A stretch of DNA of 32,000 nucleotides from Candidatus Saccharimonadota bacterium (lineage in GTDB: Bacteria > Patescibacteriota > Saccharimonadia > Saccharimonadales > Saccharimonadaceae): NCBI GenBank assembly GCA_002421785.1, contig DIRZ01000003.1, forward strand, positions 218,698 to 250,697, given 5' to 3'. The notes beneath the pieces are model-generated. The model did not search any database and was not told the DNA's origin. It saw only the letters and a list, made by a program, of their open reading frames with translations. Each line of letters begins with the position of its first letter. The stretch's first letter is position 1. Positions 1 through 7,197 of the stretch are shown piece after piece. Position numbers and translations under genes: made by a program.

Positions 1-890
1 ACACTACCAACGCCTGGCAGATCGTTCAGTGTCGTTTCGTAAACGGTCCCAGTATAATAGTCCAAACCACGCGCAATACGCAAATCGACTTTAAATCGTT
101 TCTCCGGCACCTTCATGGTACGAAGCGCCTCAACGAGCTCACGCAACTTCACTACGCCACTCTGGAATTGCTCTGAAGTAACCTTAAGGTCTTCAAGTTT
201 TTGTAATACCTCGTCATTTGTGCCGCTAATTTCCGTGAATTCTAGCACGTGGTCTACTTGCACAGCAGAAAGACCAAGGATCTTCAATTCTGCAACTAGC
301 TCGTCCCGCGATATCTTCTCCATTTTATCAATAATGCGCAGAACCTCCGCAGAAACCTCCCTCAGGCCGATGCCCTCGAAGAACCCATTCAGTACCAGTC
401 GGTTATTAATTCGAATCGTGAACTCACCAAAACCAAATTTATCAAAAATTTCATTAATAACGGCAGGAAATTCCGCATCTATAATGGAGCTATCGGAGCC
501 AATCACATCAATGTCGCACTGATAAAACTCTCGGAAACGTCCCGCCTGAGCACGCTCAGCGCGATGAACTTTGCCGATATGATAGCGACGGAATGGAAAC
601 ACCAAGTCGTTTTCGTGCTCTGCGGCGTAGCGAGCCAGTGGCACGGTCAAGTCAAAACGCAAGCTAAGATCATTGCGACCGCGAGTGAACCGATAGATTT
701 GCTGCTCGGTTTCGCCGCCACCTTTTGCAAGGAGGACCTCGGATAGTTCAATATCTGGTGTGTCAATCGGTGAATAACCGTACTTTTCGTACGTGCTGCG
801 GATAATATCCATTAGTCGATTAAACTCAATTTGATCACCAGGAAGATACTCTCCGAATCCGCTTGGTGTGCGTGGTGTAACCTTTGCCAC
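1..890 (-). CDS. hisS: histidyl-tRNA synthetase, N-terminal part (3' end runs off the window start)
   Basis: Absent from the ORF track because it is open to the window edge. Minus-strand translation from GTG 890..888 (AGGAG 6 nt upstream) reads VAKVTPRTPSGFGEYLPGDQIEF...LRFDLTVPLARYAAEH...RRYHIGKVHRAERAQAGRFREFYQCDIDVIG, which is the class II HisRS motif 1/2 region. Confidence 0.85.
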   Translation of the reverse strand, partial: MAKVTPRTPSGFGEYLPGDQIEFNRLMDIIRSTYEKYGYSPIDTPDIELSEVLLAKGGGETEQQIYRFTRGRNDLSLRFDLTVPLARYAAEHENDLVFPFRRYHIGKVHRAERAQAGRFREFYQCDIDVIGSDSSIIDAEFPAVINEIFDKFGFGEFTIRINNRLVLNGFFEGIGLREVSAEVLRIIDKMEKISRDELVAELKILGLSAVQVDHVLEFTEISGTNDEVLQKLEDLKVTSEQFQSGVVKLRELVEALRTMKVPEKRFKVDLRIARGLDYYTGTVYETTLNDLPGVGS

Positions 891-1006
891 TTATTGCTCC
901 TATCTTGCGCGCTACTATTACTCTCATTAAACACTAGTCGGCCCCTGTTGCCTAGGCCTATGCTCGCCGCCGTGCACCCATTGCGACTCGAGCCGGGCTG
1001 ATGACA

Positions 1007-1561
1007 CTAGCCCTGATCTTCTTCGGCTTTACGATATGCCGCGGCTTCGCGGAGTGCAATCTCAACAGCTTCCTGCGGCGTGGACGCCCCAAATGCATAC
1101 CTACGCTTGCGCTCGTCAAGATAGTTATCAGCTAACTTCTCACTCCAGCCGCCTACATTCTTCATGGCAATCATCGGGATGTCCGCTTGATAGGCGATCG
1201 CCATCTCGGTCAGCGTACCTGACCCGCCACTAACTGCGATGACCGCATCGCATGACAGGACGAGCACCGTCTCGCGCCCTCCACCGCGCTCTAGCCCTGA
1301 CGCAACGATAAAATCCGCTTCGTTCCGCTCCCATACCCTTTTACCCTTTCCGTACGTAATGCCAACCGTTAAGCCTCCTGCCGATTTTGCCCCCCGACAG
1401 GCTGCCGTTGAAAGCGAGTCACTATCTTTCTCGGCTCCAAATACGAGTGTTGCTCCATTCTTTGCAATCAATACACCAATCTCTTCTGCCAGCTTCTCAA
1501 CACTATCACCATAGCCTAAGTCGGCCGCTGACCCCATTACGCCGATTTGTAGTTGTCTCAT
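1007..1561 (-). CDS. LOG/TIGR00725-family Rossmann-fold protein (lysine-decarboxylase-like)
   Basis: 184-aa ORF with IGVMGS...GGxGTLTE-type motif (SGGSGTLTEMA). AAAGGAAC SD upstream. Confidence 0.7.
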   Translation of the reverse strand: MRQLQIGVMGSAADLGYGDSVEKLAEEIGVLIAKNGATLVFGAEKDSDSLSTAACRGAKSAGGLTVGITYGKGKRVWERNEADFIVASGLERGGGRETVLVLSCDAVIAVSGGSGTLTEMAIAYQADIPMIAMKNVGGWSEKLADNYLDERKRRYAFGASTPQEAVEIALREAAAYRKAEEDQG

Positions 1562-1657
1562 ACTGTTCCTTTCGTCAAACTGCTACTAGTATACAGTGCA
1601 CCTTCACATATATCCTACATCTTCCGCCTCGATCACGGCCATATTCTCATGGGGTCG

Positions 1658-1686
1658 TTGAGATTCTGTAGCTTCGGTGGTATAAT
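1658..1686 (+). promoter_or_regulatory. sigma70-like promoter for tRNA-Gln
   Basis: TTGAGA (1658-1663), 17-nt spacer, TATAAT (1681-1686) preceded by TGG. The tRNA starts 11 nt downstream. Confidence 0.6.
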
Positions 1687-1697
1687 CAAGAACGTCT

Positions 1698-1772
1698 TGG
1701 GGTGTCGCCAAGTGGTAAGGCACTGGGTTCTGGTTCCAGCATTCGGGGGTTCGAATCCCTCCACCCCAGCCA
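1698..1772 (+). tRNA. tRNA-Gln (anticodon CUG), CCA encoded
   Basis: Hand-folded cloverleaf: acceptor TGGGGTG/CACCCCA, 3-bp D stem GCC/GGC, anticodon arm CTGGG-TTCTGGT-TCCAG, T arm GGGGG-TTCGAAT-CCCTC. Confidence 0.9.
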
Positions 1773-1809
1773 AATTAAACGTCGGTGCGGCTGCACCGAC
1801 GTTTAATTT
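1772..1809. terminator. hairpin terminator after tRNA-Gln
   Basis: Perfect 17-bp stem AAATTAAACGTCGGTGC / GCACCGACGTTTAATTT with 4-nt loop. T-rich 3' arm. Confidence 0.7.
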
Positions 1810-1878
1810 GGACATAACATCTATCTAGCTATTCACGCAGTGCAGCAATGGCCCACAACGCCCTGCTATACTATGCGT

Positions 1879-2442
1879 ATGAATAATTCATCATCAAAGT
1901 TGATGCCCTTACCACTTTGGCTCTACCTCGTCGGGTTGATATTCTTCATCTATCTATTTGTAGCCATCTGGGGCTTTTCAGCAGAGAATTCGAGCAACCT
2001 CATACTATCCGGCATGTACCTCGTCAATTTTGGCGTCCACGAAGTCTCACACATTATATTATTCTTCCTGCCAGCCATCTACGTAGCCGCCGCAGGCTCG
2101 GTCGGCGAGGTGGGCTTTACTGTACTCGTACTAGCCGCCACACTCAAAACAAAGTCGTATTTTGCAGCAGTCTTTGCTGGCCTATGGGTCATGCTGGGCC
2201 TGATGAGTGCCGGCCGATATATGGCGGATGCTCGCACCCAAATCCTGCCCCTCATAGGGCCCGGAGAAACTGTTCAGCATGACTGGCACTATGTATTCTC
2301 GCAACTCGGCTGGCTTAACGCCGACACCACAATCGGAGGCAGCGTACAAGCTGTCGGAATAGTTGTCGGCGTACTCAGCCTACTTTTTGGTGCGTACCTG
2401 ATCGCGCTGAAGCTCTATAAGTCCACCGCTGTCAAGAACTAG
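1879..2442 (+). CDS. polytopic membrane protein with intramembrane HExxH (HEVSH) motif, possible zincin-like
   Basis: ORF-track frame 1840..2442. TGcTATACT extended -10 at 1864-1872 lies 6 nt before ATG 1879, so a leaderless start at 1879 is preferred (ATG 1873 is the alternative). Several hydrophobic helices. GVHEVSH motif. Confidence 0.6.
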   Translation: MNNSSSKLMPLPLWLYLVGLIFFIYLFVAIWGFSAENSSNLILSGMYLVNFGVHEVSHIILFFLPAIYVAAAGSVGEVGFTVLVLAATLKTKSYFAAVFAGLWVMLGLMSAGRYMADARTQILPLIGPGETVQHDWHYVFSQLGWLNADTTIGGSVQAVGIVVGVLSLLFGAYLIALKLYKSTAVKN

Positions 2443-3156
2443 TCGGTGAAGCGTCACCCACTGCGCCAGAGTAAGCTCAGAGGGTTTTCGCTCTGGCGAT
2501 ACCCCCACGCTCGCACGTGGCAGCTTAGCGAACACCTTAGGATCATGGAAGCTCTGCTCAATGAGGGTTCTATACAACGGCATATCTTTCTGGGGCAGCA
2601 GCTGCCCTGCACGACGAGTCATTGCGAGCAGTACTGTGTCAACATTTGGATGTGGCCAGTAGTCGGTCCGACGCAATTCCCTCAATATCTTCACGTCGTA
2701 CAAAGGCCCAACAATCATGCCAAGTGCACCAGTAAAGTGACTATCACTTTGTACCAGTTTTTTTGCGAACTGCTTTTGAACTATTAAATATATCGCATCT
2801 GGCGGATTATCTGCTTCTGTCAGTCGGCGTACAATCTGTGAGCTCAGATGAAACGGAATGTTAGAGAATACCTTATACTTGCTCGTTGGTAGCTCCATGG
2901 TCAGAAAGTCGCCGACGACTACCACTACATTGTCTAAACGAGTCATATTATCGCGTAGTTTCGCAGCTGCGCCTGGTTCATATTCCACCGCAATCACTTT
3001 CCCTGCGCGCGCCGCTAGTGCACTCGCAATCACACCGCTACCCGCACCAATATCGTACACGATATCATCGCGGGTTATCGAGGTCTTGCGCACAAGCTGC
3101 GCCACGAAACCAGGGTTTCGTAAAAAATACTGTGAATATTCAGCAAGTCGTTTCAT
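2380..3156 (-). CDS. Erm-family rRNA adenine-N6-methyltransferase-like protein
   Basis: 258 aa. YSQYFL (SQNFL-type), SAM motif DIGAGSGVI, FSNIPFHLSS (NIPY motif), AIYLIVQKQFAKKL and WPHPNVDTVLL closely parallel ErmB/ErmC blocks recalled from memory. Confidence 0.7.
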   Translation of the reverse strand: MKRLAEYSQYFLRNPGFVAQLVRKTSITRDDIVYDIGAGSGVIASALAARAGKVIAVEYEPGAAAKLRDNMTRLDNVVVVVGDFLTMELPTSKYKVFSNIPFHLSSQIVRRLTEADNPPDAIYLIVQKQFAKKLVQSDSHFTGALGMIVGPLYDVKILRELRRTDYWPHPNVDTVLLAMTRRAGQLLPQKDMPLYRTLIEQSFHDPKVFAKLPRASVGVSPERKPSELTLAQWVTLHRLVLDSGGLIELQRDQVRTKK

Positions 3157-3157
3157 A

Positions 3158-3625
3158 TTATTTCCGTTTTGGCAGTTCGCGCACCACCAACACCGCGCTC
3201 CAAAGCAATAAACTGGCGAAAGCCACCAGCCACCAACCGTTCATGGTCGGGATTGTTGCTCCAAGCAGCCCAGAATTTATGCCATCACTCGCGACAATAT
3301 TTGATACAATCGCCACAAGTAGCCATAGGATAGGCACAGCAAATACAGCGAGTCTGCTAATTTGACGGGGCGCCGCACTGAATTTCATGCTCAGCAAATA
3401 CGGCAACGCAAGCACCTCGAGGAGTGGCAACAAAGCAGCTATTATAACGACAGTCGCCTCACCGCCCGCAAATCCATACCCCGCAACGACATCCCCAAAA
3501 TCCTCATACGAGAATAGCTGCGCGACAGCCATCACAAGGTACACACAAGCAAGCGTAAACCCTCGCCAATACGCGGCGTTTTTGTAAAATTCCGCTGGAA
3601 ATATATCAATGATTTGCTGCTTCAT
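3158..3625 (-). CDS. hypothetical integral membrane protein (about 4 TM)
   Basis: 155-aa hydrophobic ORF. Its stop is 1 nt from the erm-like start, so an operon is likely. TATACT lies 6 nt upstream of the ATG, suggesting a leaderless start. Confidence 0.6.
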   Translation of the reverse strand: MKQQIIDIFPAEFYKNAAYWRGFTLACVYLVMAVAQLFSYEDFGDVVAGYGFAGGEATVVIIAALLPLLEVLALPYLLSMKFSAAPRQISRLAVFAVPILWLLVAIVSNIVASDGINSGLLGATIPTMNGWWLVAFASLLLWSAVLVVRELPKRK

Positions 3626-3789
3626 ACCCCTAGTATAAGGCTTCTAAAGATTTTTTTACATTTTTTACAGAAACGCTTGCGTTAAAGAAACATAAGGTGT
3701 ATTGTACTGATAGCGAAGTTACAAAAACAAACACACCAAAAAAACTTGTAGCATCTCGCTCTACGATATATCCACCACAACATATCTTT

Positions 3790-3818
3790 GAAATACCCCA
3801 CATCTCGTGGGGTATTTC
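3790..3818 (-). terminator. hairpin downstream of trmD
   Basis: 12-bp perfect stem GAAATACCCCAC / GTGGGGTATTTC with 5-nt loop. No clear U-tract, so termination function is uncertain. Confidence 0.4.
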
Positions 3819-3832
3819 GCTGATGTCAGGAG

Positions 3833-4486
3833 TTATTCTGCGCGTTTACTGTTTTGTGCCCGCCAGGCGGCGATATCAGCGTGATGACCGCTGAGTAGTA
3901 CGGATGGCACCTTACGGCCATTCCAGTCCTCTGGACGTGTATATTGTGGGAATTCAAGCGTCTCTCCATCACTGAAGCTCTCAATGCTGGCGCTTTCCGC
4001 CCCACCCAGTACACCGGGGATTAGACGTACGATACTATCAATAATTGTCATCGCGGGCAATTCGCCGCCCGTCAGCACGTAATCACCGACGCTTAGCTCG
4101 GCATCGATCAGCTCCAGTATACGCTCGTCATAGCCCTCGTAACGCCCGCACACAAATATATAGCCCTGCTCTGCCTCGCTGTACTCCTGTGCCATTGACT
4201 GCTTCCAGCGCTGCCCCCGTGGAGTCATTAGCAATACCTTCGCTTGGGGATCATTCTGCTTTGCCGCTGTGATTGCGTTCCATAGTGGCTCCACCATCAG
4301 CAACATGCCGTCACCGCCACCATAGGGCGTATCGTCAACTTGTCGGCGCGGGCCCAGGCCGTATTCGCGTAAATCAACCGTCGACAGCTCCACAATACCG
4401 TCTTTTTGGGCCTTCCACATCATAGAATTGCCAAATACACCCTTAAACATGTCGGGAAATAAGGTGACTACTTGAAATTTTCTCAT
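3833..4486 (-). CDS. trmD: tRNA (guanine37-N1)-methyltransferase
   Basis: 217 aa. MRKFQVVTLFPDMF...DDTPYGGGDGMLL...VCGRYEGYDERI...LTGGELPA are classic TrmD blocks. Confidence 0.95.
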   Translation of the reverse strand: MRKFQVVTLFPDMFKGVFGNSMMWKAQKDGIVELSTVDLREYGLGPRRQVDDTPYGGGDGMLLMVEPLWNAITAAKQNDPQAKVLLMTPRGQRWKQSMAQEYSEAEQGYIFVCGRYEGYDERILELIDAELSVGDYVLTGGELPAMTIIDSIVRLIPGVLGGAESASIESFSDGETLEFPQYTRPEDWNGRKVPSVLLSGHHADIAAWRAQNSKRAE

Positions 4487-4506
4487 CTGTTATAGTATCG
4501 CATGTA

Positions 4507-4535
4507 TTGACTTTTTTGTCTATATATGCTAATAT
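4507..4535 (+). promoter_or_regulatory. near-consensus promoter of small cassette A
   Basis: TTGACT (4507-4512), 17-nt spacer ending in TGc, TAATAT (4530-4535). Confidence 0.6.
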
Positions 4536-4591
4536 GTCGTTAGCTTTCGACACATTCCAGTCGACTGCGTCCCTACGAACAAGGAGAAAAG

Positions 4592-4846
4592 ATGCTCAAT
4601 GCAGTCCTGGAGTACTGCTCACCAACGATGACCACACTCGCACTCCTGAGCAAGGAGCCCGACGAGAACGGGGTGATCGCACTCATCTTCAACTACATCC
4701 CGACGTGGAAGCGGCCCCTGCTCAGGCTCCAGATCAAGAGGAACTTCCTCGTCAAGACGAAGAAGAAGGTCGAGGTACACTTCGACCGACTGATCATGCC
4801 TGGCGAGCCCCTCGCAACAGGCATACGCCTTGTGCCGCGGGCCTAA
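4592..4846 (+). CDS. orphan 84-aa protein, compositional outlier (very high GC3)
   Basis: AAGGAG 5 nt before the ATG. By hand count about 70 of 84 codons end in G/C and all 7 Lys codons are AAG. No family recognised. Confidence 0.6.
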   Translation: MLNAVLEYCSPTMTTLALLSKEPDENGVIALIFNYIPTWKRPLLRLQIKRNFLVKTKKKVEVHFDRLIMPGEPLATGIRLVPRA

Positions 4847-4852
4847 GCCCTA

Positions 4853-4960
4853 AGCCCACCAAAAACTGCTTTGCCGAATTGGCTCGATCTGATTGAGAGA
4901 CCTCGTTTCTCTCGGGTCGCCACAAACCCAATTCAGACGAGCCAATCGGTGGGCTATTTT
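4853..4960 (+). other. ~103-nt long imperfect palindrome followed by ATTTT (terminator-like or MITE-like structured element)
   Basis: Pairings 4853-4860/4948-4955 (8 bp), 4876-4886/4938-4947 (10 bp, 1 bulge) and 4888-4895/4929-4937 (8 bp, bulge), plus apical mini-hairpins. Confidence 0.5.
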
Positions 4961-4990
4961 CGTGCCCGAAATATGGTATTATATAAGCAC

Positions 4991-5323
4991 ATGGGTGAGG
5001 ATTTTCAATCAACAACTACCAACGTAAGTGGGGTTACGGATGCGGAACGGCTTGAAGCTAGCACGCGACAAGTTTTCATTGCGCCCGTACATGATGACGT
5101 GGTCGCAGATGATTTGCCCGATGAGGTTATCGTCACCCGCCACCTCGTACAGCCACCAATCGGCAATATTCCTACCGACTCCGAATTAACCACTTCATCA
5201 TCCGCACAGCAACACATCGACCAAAAAAATCACCGTTTTGCCCTGACTGTTAGCTTAGTCACGGTAGCTATCGTCAGTGGCGTATCGCTCGTCGCCTACC
5301 TGACTGTCGCGCACCTTAGTTAA
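4991..5323 (+). CDS. hypothetical tail-anchored membrane protein
   Basis: Same frame as ORF-track 4871..5323. TGgTATTAT at 4974-4982 lies 8 nt before ATG 4991, so that start is preferred. C-terminal hydrophobic helix ALTVSLVTVAIVSGVSLVAYL. Confidence 0.5.
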   Translation: MGEDFQSTTTNVSGVTDAERLEASTRQVFIAPVHDDVVADDLPDEVIVTRHLVQPPIGNIPTDSELTTSSSAQQHIDQKNHRFALTVSLVTVAIVSGVSLVAYLTVAHLS

Positions 5324-5346
5324 CCCATCAATTTGCAGCCACCAAA

Positions 5347-5374
5347 AAACCCACTCTAATTTTGGAGTGGGTTT
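5347..5374. terminator. bidirectional intrinsic terminator between convergent genes
   Basis: AAACCCACTC / GAGTGGGTTT 10-bp stem, flanked by an A-run (5344-5349) and TTTC. Confidence 0.7.
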
Positions 5375-5453
5375 CTTAGACATATAAGGCTCTCAAACCT
5401 TGTGGTTTGCTCGCATGAGCTGGTTCAGTGTTCTCGCATTGAACTGTTTATGA

Positions 5454-5876
5454 TTATATATCGAGGTCGTCTAGTTCCGCAAGCTCTTTGCGAGACTTTT
5501 TTGCGAAGTCCGATTCTTCAGGTTCGTCGTTATCCACACTTACAGCGGTTGAATTATCCACAACGTCTACTATTTCGCCATCTTCGGTCGCCGCGTCATC
5601 GCTTGAAATAACAGTTGATTCGTCAGGATTGTCGTTATTGACGATCTTTAAGTTGTACCTCGCAGCGTTTTTTGTCCCAAGCGCACGAAGCAACGTGCGC
5701 AAGCTTTGCGCCGTAACGCCACGCCGGCCAATCACTCGGCCAAGATCTTCTGGGTTTACGGTCAGTGTGAGTAGCACACCTTTTTCGTCAACAATGCGGT
5801 CAACGATAACGTCGTCCGGGTTGCCGACAAGTGATTTTACGATATATTCTACGAATTGCTGGTCAATAGTTGACAT
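5454..5876 (-). CDS. khpA: KH-domain RNA-binding protein (KhpA/YlqC-like) with long acidic C-terminal tail
   Basis: VEYIVKSLVGNPDDV...GRVIGRRGVTAQSLRTLL is a KH GXXG core. ATG 5876 lies 10 nt after AGGAG; GTG 5882 is the alternative start. Confidence 0.8.
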   Translation of the reverse strand: MSTIDQQFVEYIVKSLVGNPDDVIVDRIVDEKGVLLTLTVNPEDLGRVIGRRGVTAQSLRTLLRALGTKNAARYNLKIVNNDNPDESTVISSDDAATEDGEIVDVVDNSTAVSVDNDEPEESDFAKKSRKELAELDDLDI

Positions 5877-6014
5877 GCCCACTGGTCTCCTTTTCTGTCT
5901 CTCTGTTAGTATCGTACGCCTTTATTGTATCACGGTTTTACATTTCTCAGAATTGCGCGTTATATAGCTAAAACCCCCGGCATCGCCAGGGGTTAAAAAT
6001 ATACAGCGAATTGA

Positions 6015-6389
6015 TTATTCAGCCGCGACTTCTGCTAGCGCTTCGGCTGCAGGTGCTTCAACAACTTCTTCTTTCGGCTGGTTTTTGCGTAGCTTTTCAG
6101 CATTGCGAATAGGCTTCTGTTTGTCCTCAGATGCTTGTTTGACCCATTTTGGAAGCTTCACGCCTGCTGTCTTAAGGAGCTTAACGACACGTGGAGTTGG
6201 CTGTGCGCCGTTGTCAAGGAACTTCTGCGCTTCCTCAACCTGAACATTTGCTTCTTTTGTGTGTGGGTTGTAGCTACCAACATAGGCAACAACACGTCCA
6301 CTGCTAGGATGGCGCTGTGACTCTTGCACGGCGAGGCGATAAACTGGATATCCCTTGCGGCCAAGGCGTTGCAAACGAATTGCGAGCAT
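6015..6389 (-). CDS. rpsP: 30S ribosomal protein S16 (bS16) with Lys/Glu/Ala-rich C-terminal extension
   Basis: MLAIRLQRLGRKGYPVYRLAVQESQR is the canonical bS16 N-terminus. Confidence 0.95.
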   Translation of the reverse strand: MLAIRLQRLGRKGYPVYRLAVQESQRHPSSGRVVAYVGSYNPHTKEANVQVEEAQKFLDNGAQPTPRVVKLLKTAGVKLPKWVKQASEDKQKPIRNAEKLRKNQPKEEVVEAPAAEALAEVAAE

Positions 6390-6447
6390 AAAATCTAATT
6401 TTCCTTCTTTATTACTTCACTTATAGGTTGTTTTTTACTTCTGTACC

Positions 6448-6476
6448 ATTTTACACTTTTTTTACAGTAGTGTCAA
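6448..6476 (-). promoter_or_regulatory. promoter of rpsP operon
   Basis: On the minus strand: TTGACA (6476-6471), 17-nt spacer, TAAAAT (6453-6448). Confidence 0.6.
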
Positions 6477-6480
6477 TCTG

Positions 6481-7197
6481 TTATTTGCTTTGACGCTTTT
6501 CATACGTCTGCAGGGCGGCACGGGCGGCTTCTTGCTGCGCATTCTGCTTACTAGGCCCAACACCTTTGCCCATAAGCTGTCCATTGACATATGCTCCCAG
6601 TGTAAACACTTTGTCGTGATCCGGGCCAACCTCTTCGATAACTTTATATAGTGGTGTCGCACCATCAACTCGCTGGCTGACTTCCTGTAGGTGGCTCTTC
6701 GGGTCGCGCCACGTGCCTTCGTTCAGAATAACCTCAAGCTTACTGATGATGTGCGTGTGAATGAACACACTGGCGGCATCGTAGCCTTGGTCGAGATAGA
6801 TTGATCCGATGGTAGCCTCGAACGCGTTTGCCAGTATCTGTAGTCGAGCACGTGGAGTGCCGTTCTTTTCACCCCTACTCATACGGACAAGTGACTCGTA
6901 CCCTAGTTTGTCACCTGCTGCACCGATACTTTCCGTGCGCACCAAAGCAGCACGCCAACTGGTCAATATACCTTCTGGCTCGGTAAAGGTCCTGAACAAA
7001 TAGTCAGTTACAACCAGCTCGAGCACAGCGTCACCTAGGAATTCCAGTCGTTCATTGTGGTCGGTCACGCTTTTTTTGTGCTCATTCACATAGCTACGGT
7101 GCGTCAATGCCGTAATAAGTAGCTGAATATCCTTAAATTCAAACCCGAGCTTTTCGCGCGCAAAATCTTGGTAAGGGCCGATGGGCATCCCTGTCAT
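6481..7197 (-). CDS. rnc: ribonuclease III
   Basis: RNase III signature ERLEFLGDAVLE plus a C-terminal dsRBD (KSHLQE...GPDHDKVF...GPSKQNAQQEAA). Confidence 0.95.
   Translation of the reverse strand: MTGMPIGPYQDFAREKLGFEFKDIQLLITALTHRSYVNEHKKSVTDHNERLEFLGDAVLELVVTDYLFRTFTEPEGILTSWRAALVRTESIGAAGDKLGYESLVRMSRGEKNGTPRARLQILANAFEATIGSIYLDQGYDAASVFIHTHIISKLEVILNEGTWRDPKSHLQEVSQRVDGATPLYKVIEEVGPDHDKVFTLGAYVNGQLMGKGVGPSKQNAQQEAARAALQTYEKRQSK

Noticed and set aside
115-522. 135-aa plus-strand ORF at the window start.
   Set aside because: It is antisense to the clearly recognisable hisS frame (HisRS motifs on the minus strand).
1553-1828. ORFs overlapping tRNA genes and their terminators (1553..1828, 1633..1815, 19196..19459, 19506..19772, 19534..19731).
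   Set aside because: They run through well-folded tRNA genes, terminators or the inverted-repeat unit, and there is no coding evidence.
2380-2442. 63-nt convergent overlap of the membrane gene and the erm-like gene, considered as a sign of mis-annotation or frameshift.
   Set aside because: Both frames are continuous and both C-termini are plausible. The Erm-like protein aligns with Erm C-termini up to about 15 residues before its stop. It is noted under the erm finding rather than treated as an anomaly.
4507-4896. 129-aa alternative frame over cassette A. The 88-aa frame 8463..8729 over cassette B is a similar case.
   Set aside because: These frames are open only because the DNA is GC-rich. 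They start inside the promoter or leader without an SD. The chosen frames have the SD, the strong third-position G/C bias and, for B, coherent TM helices.
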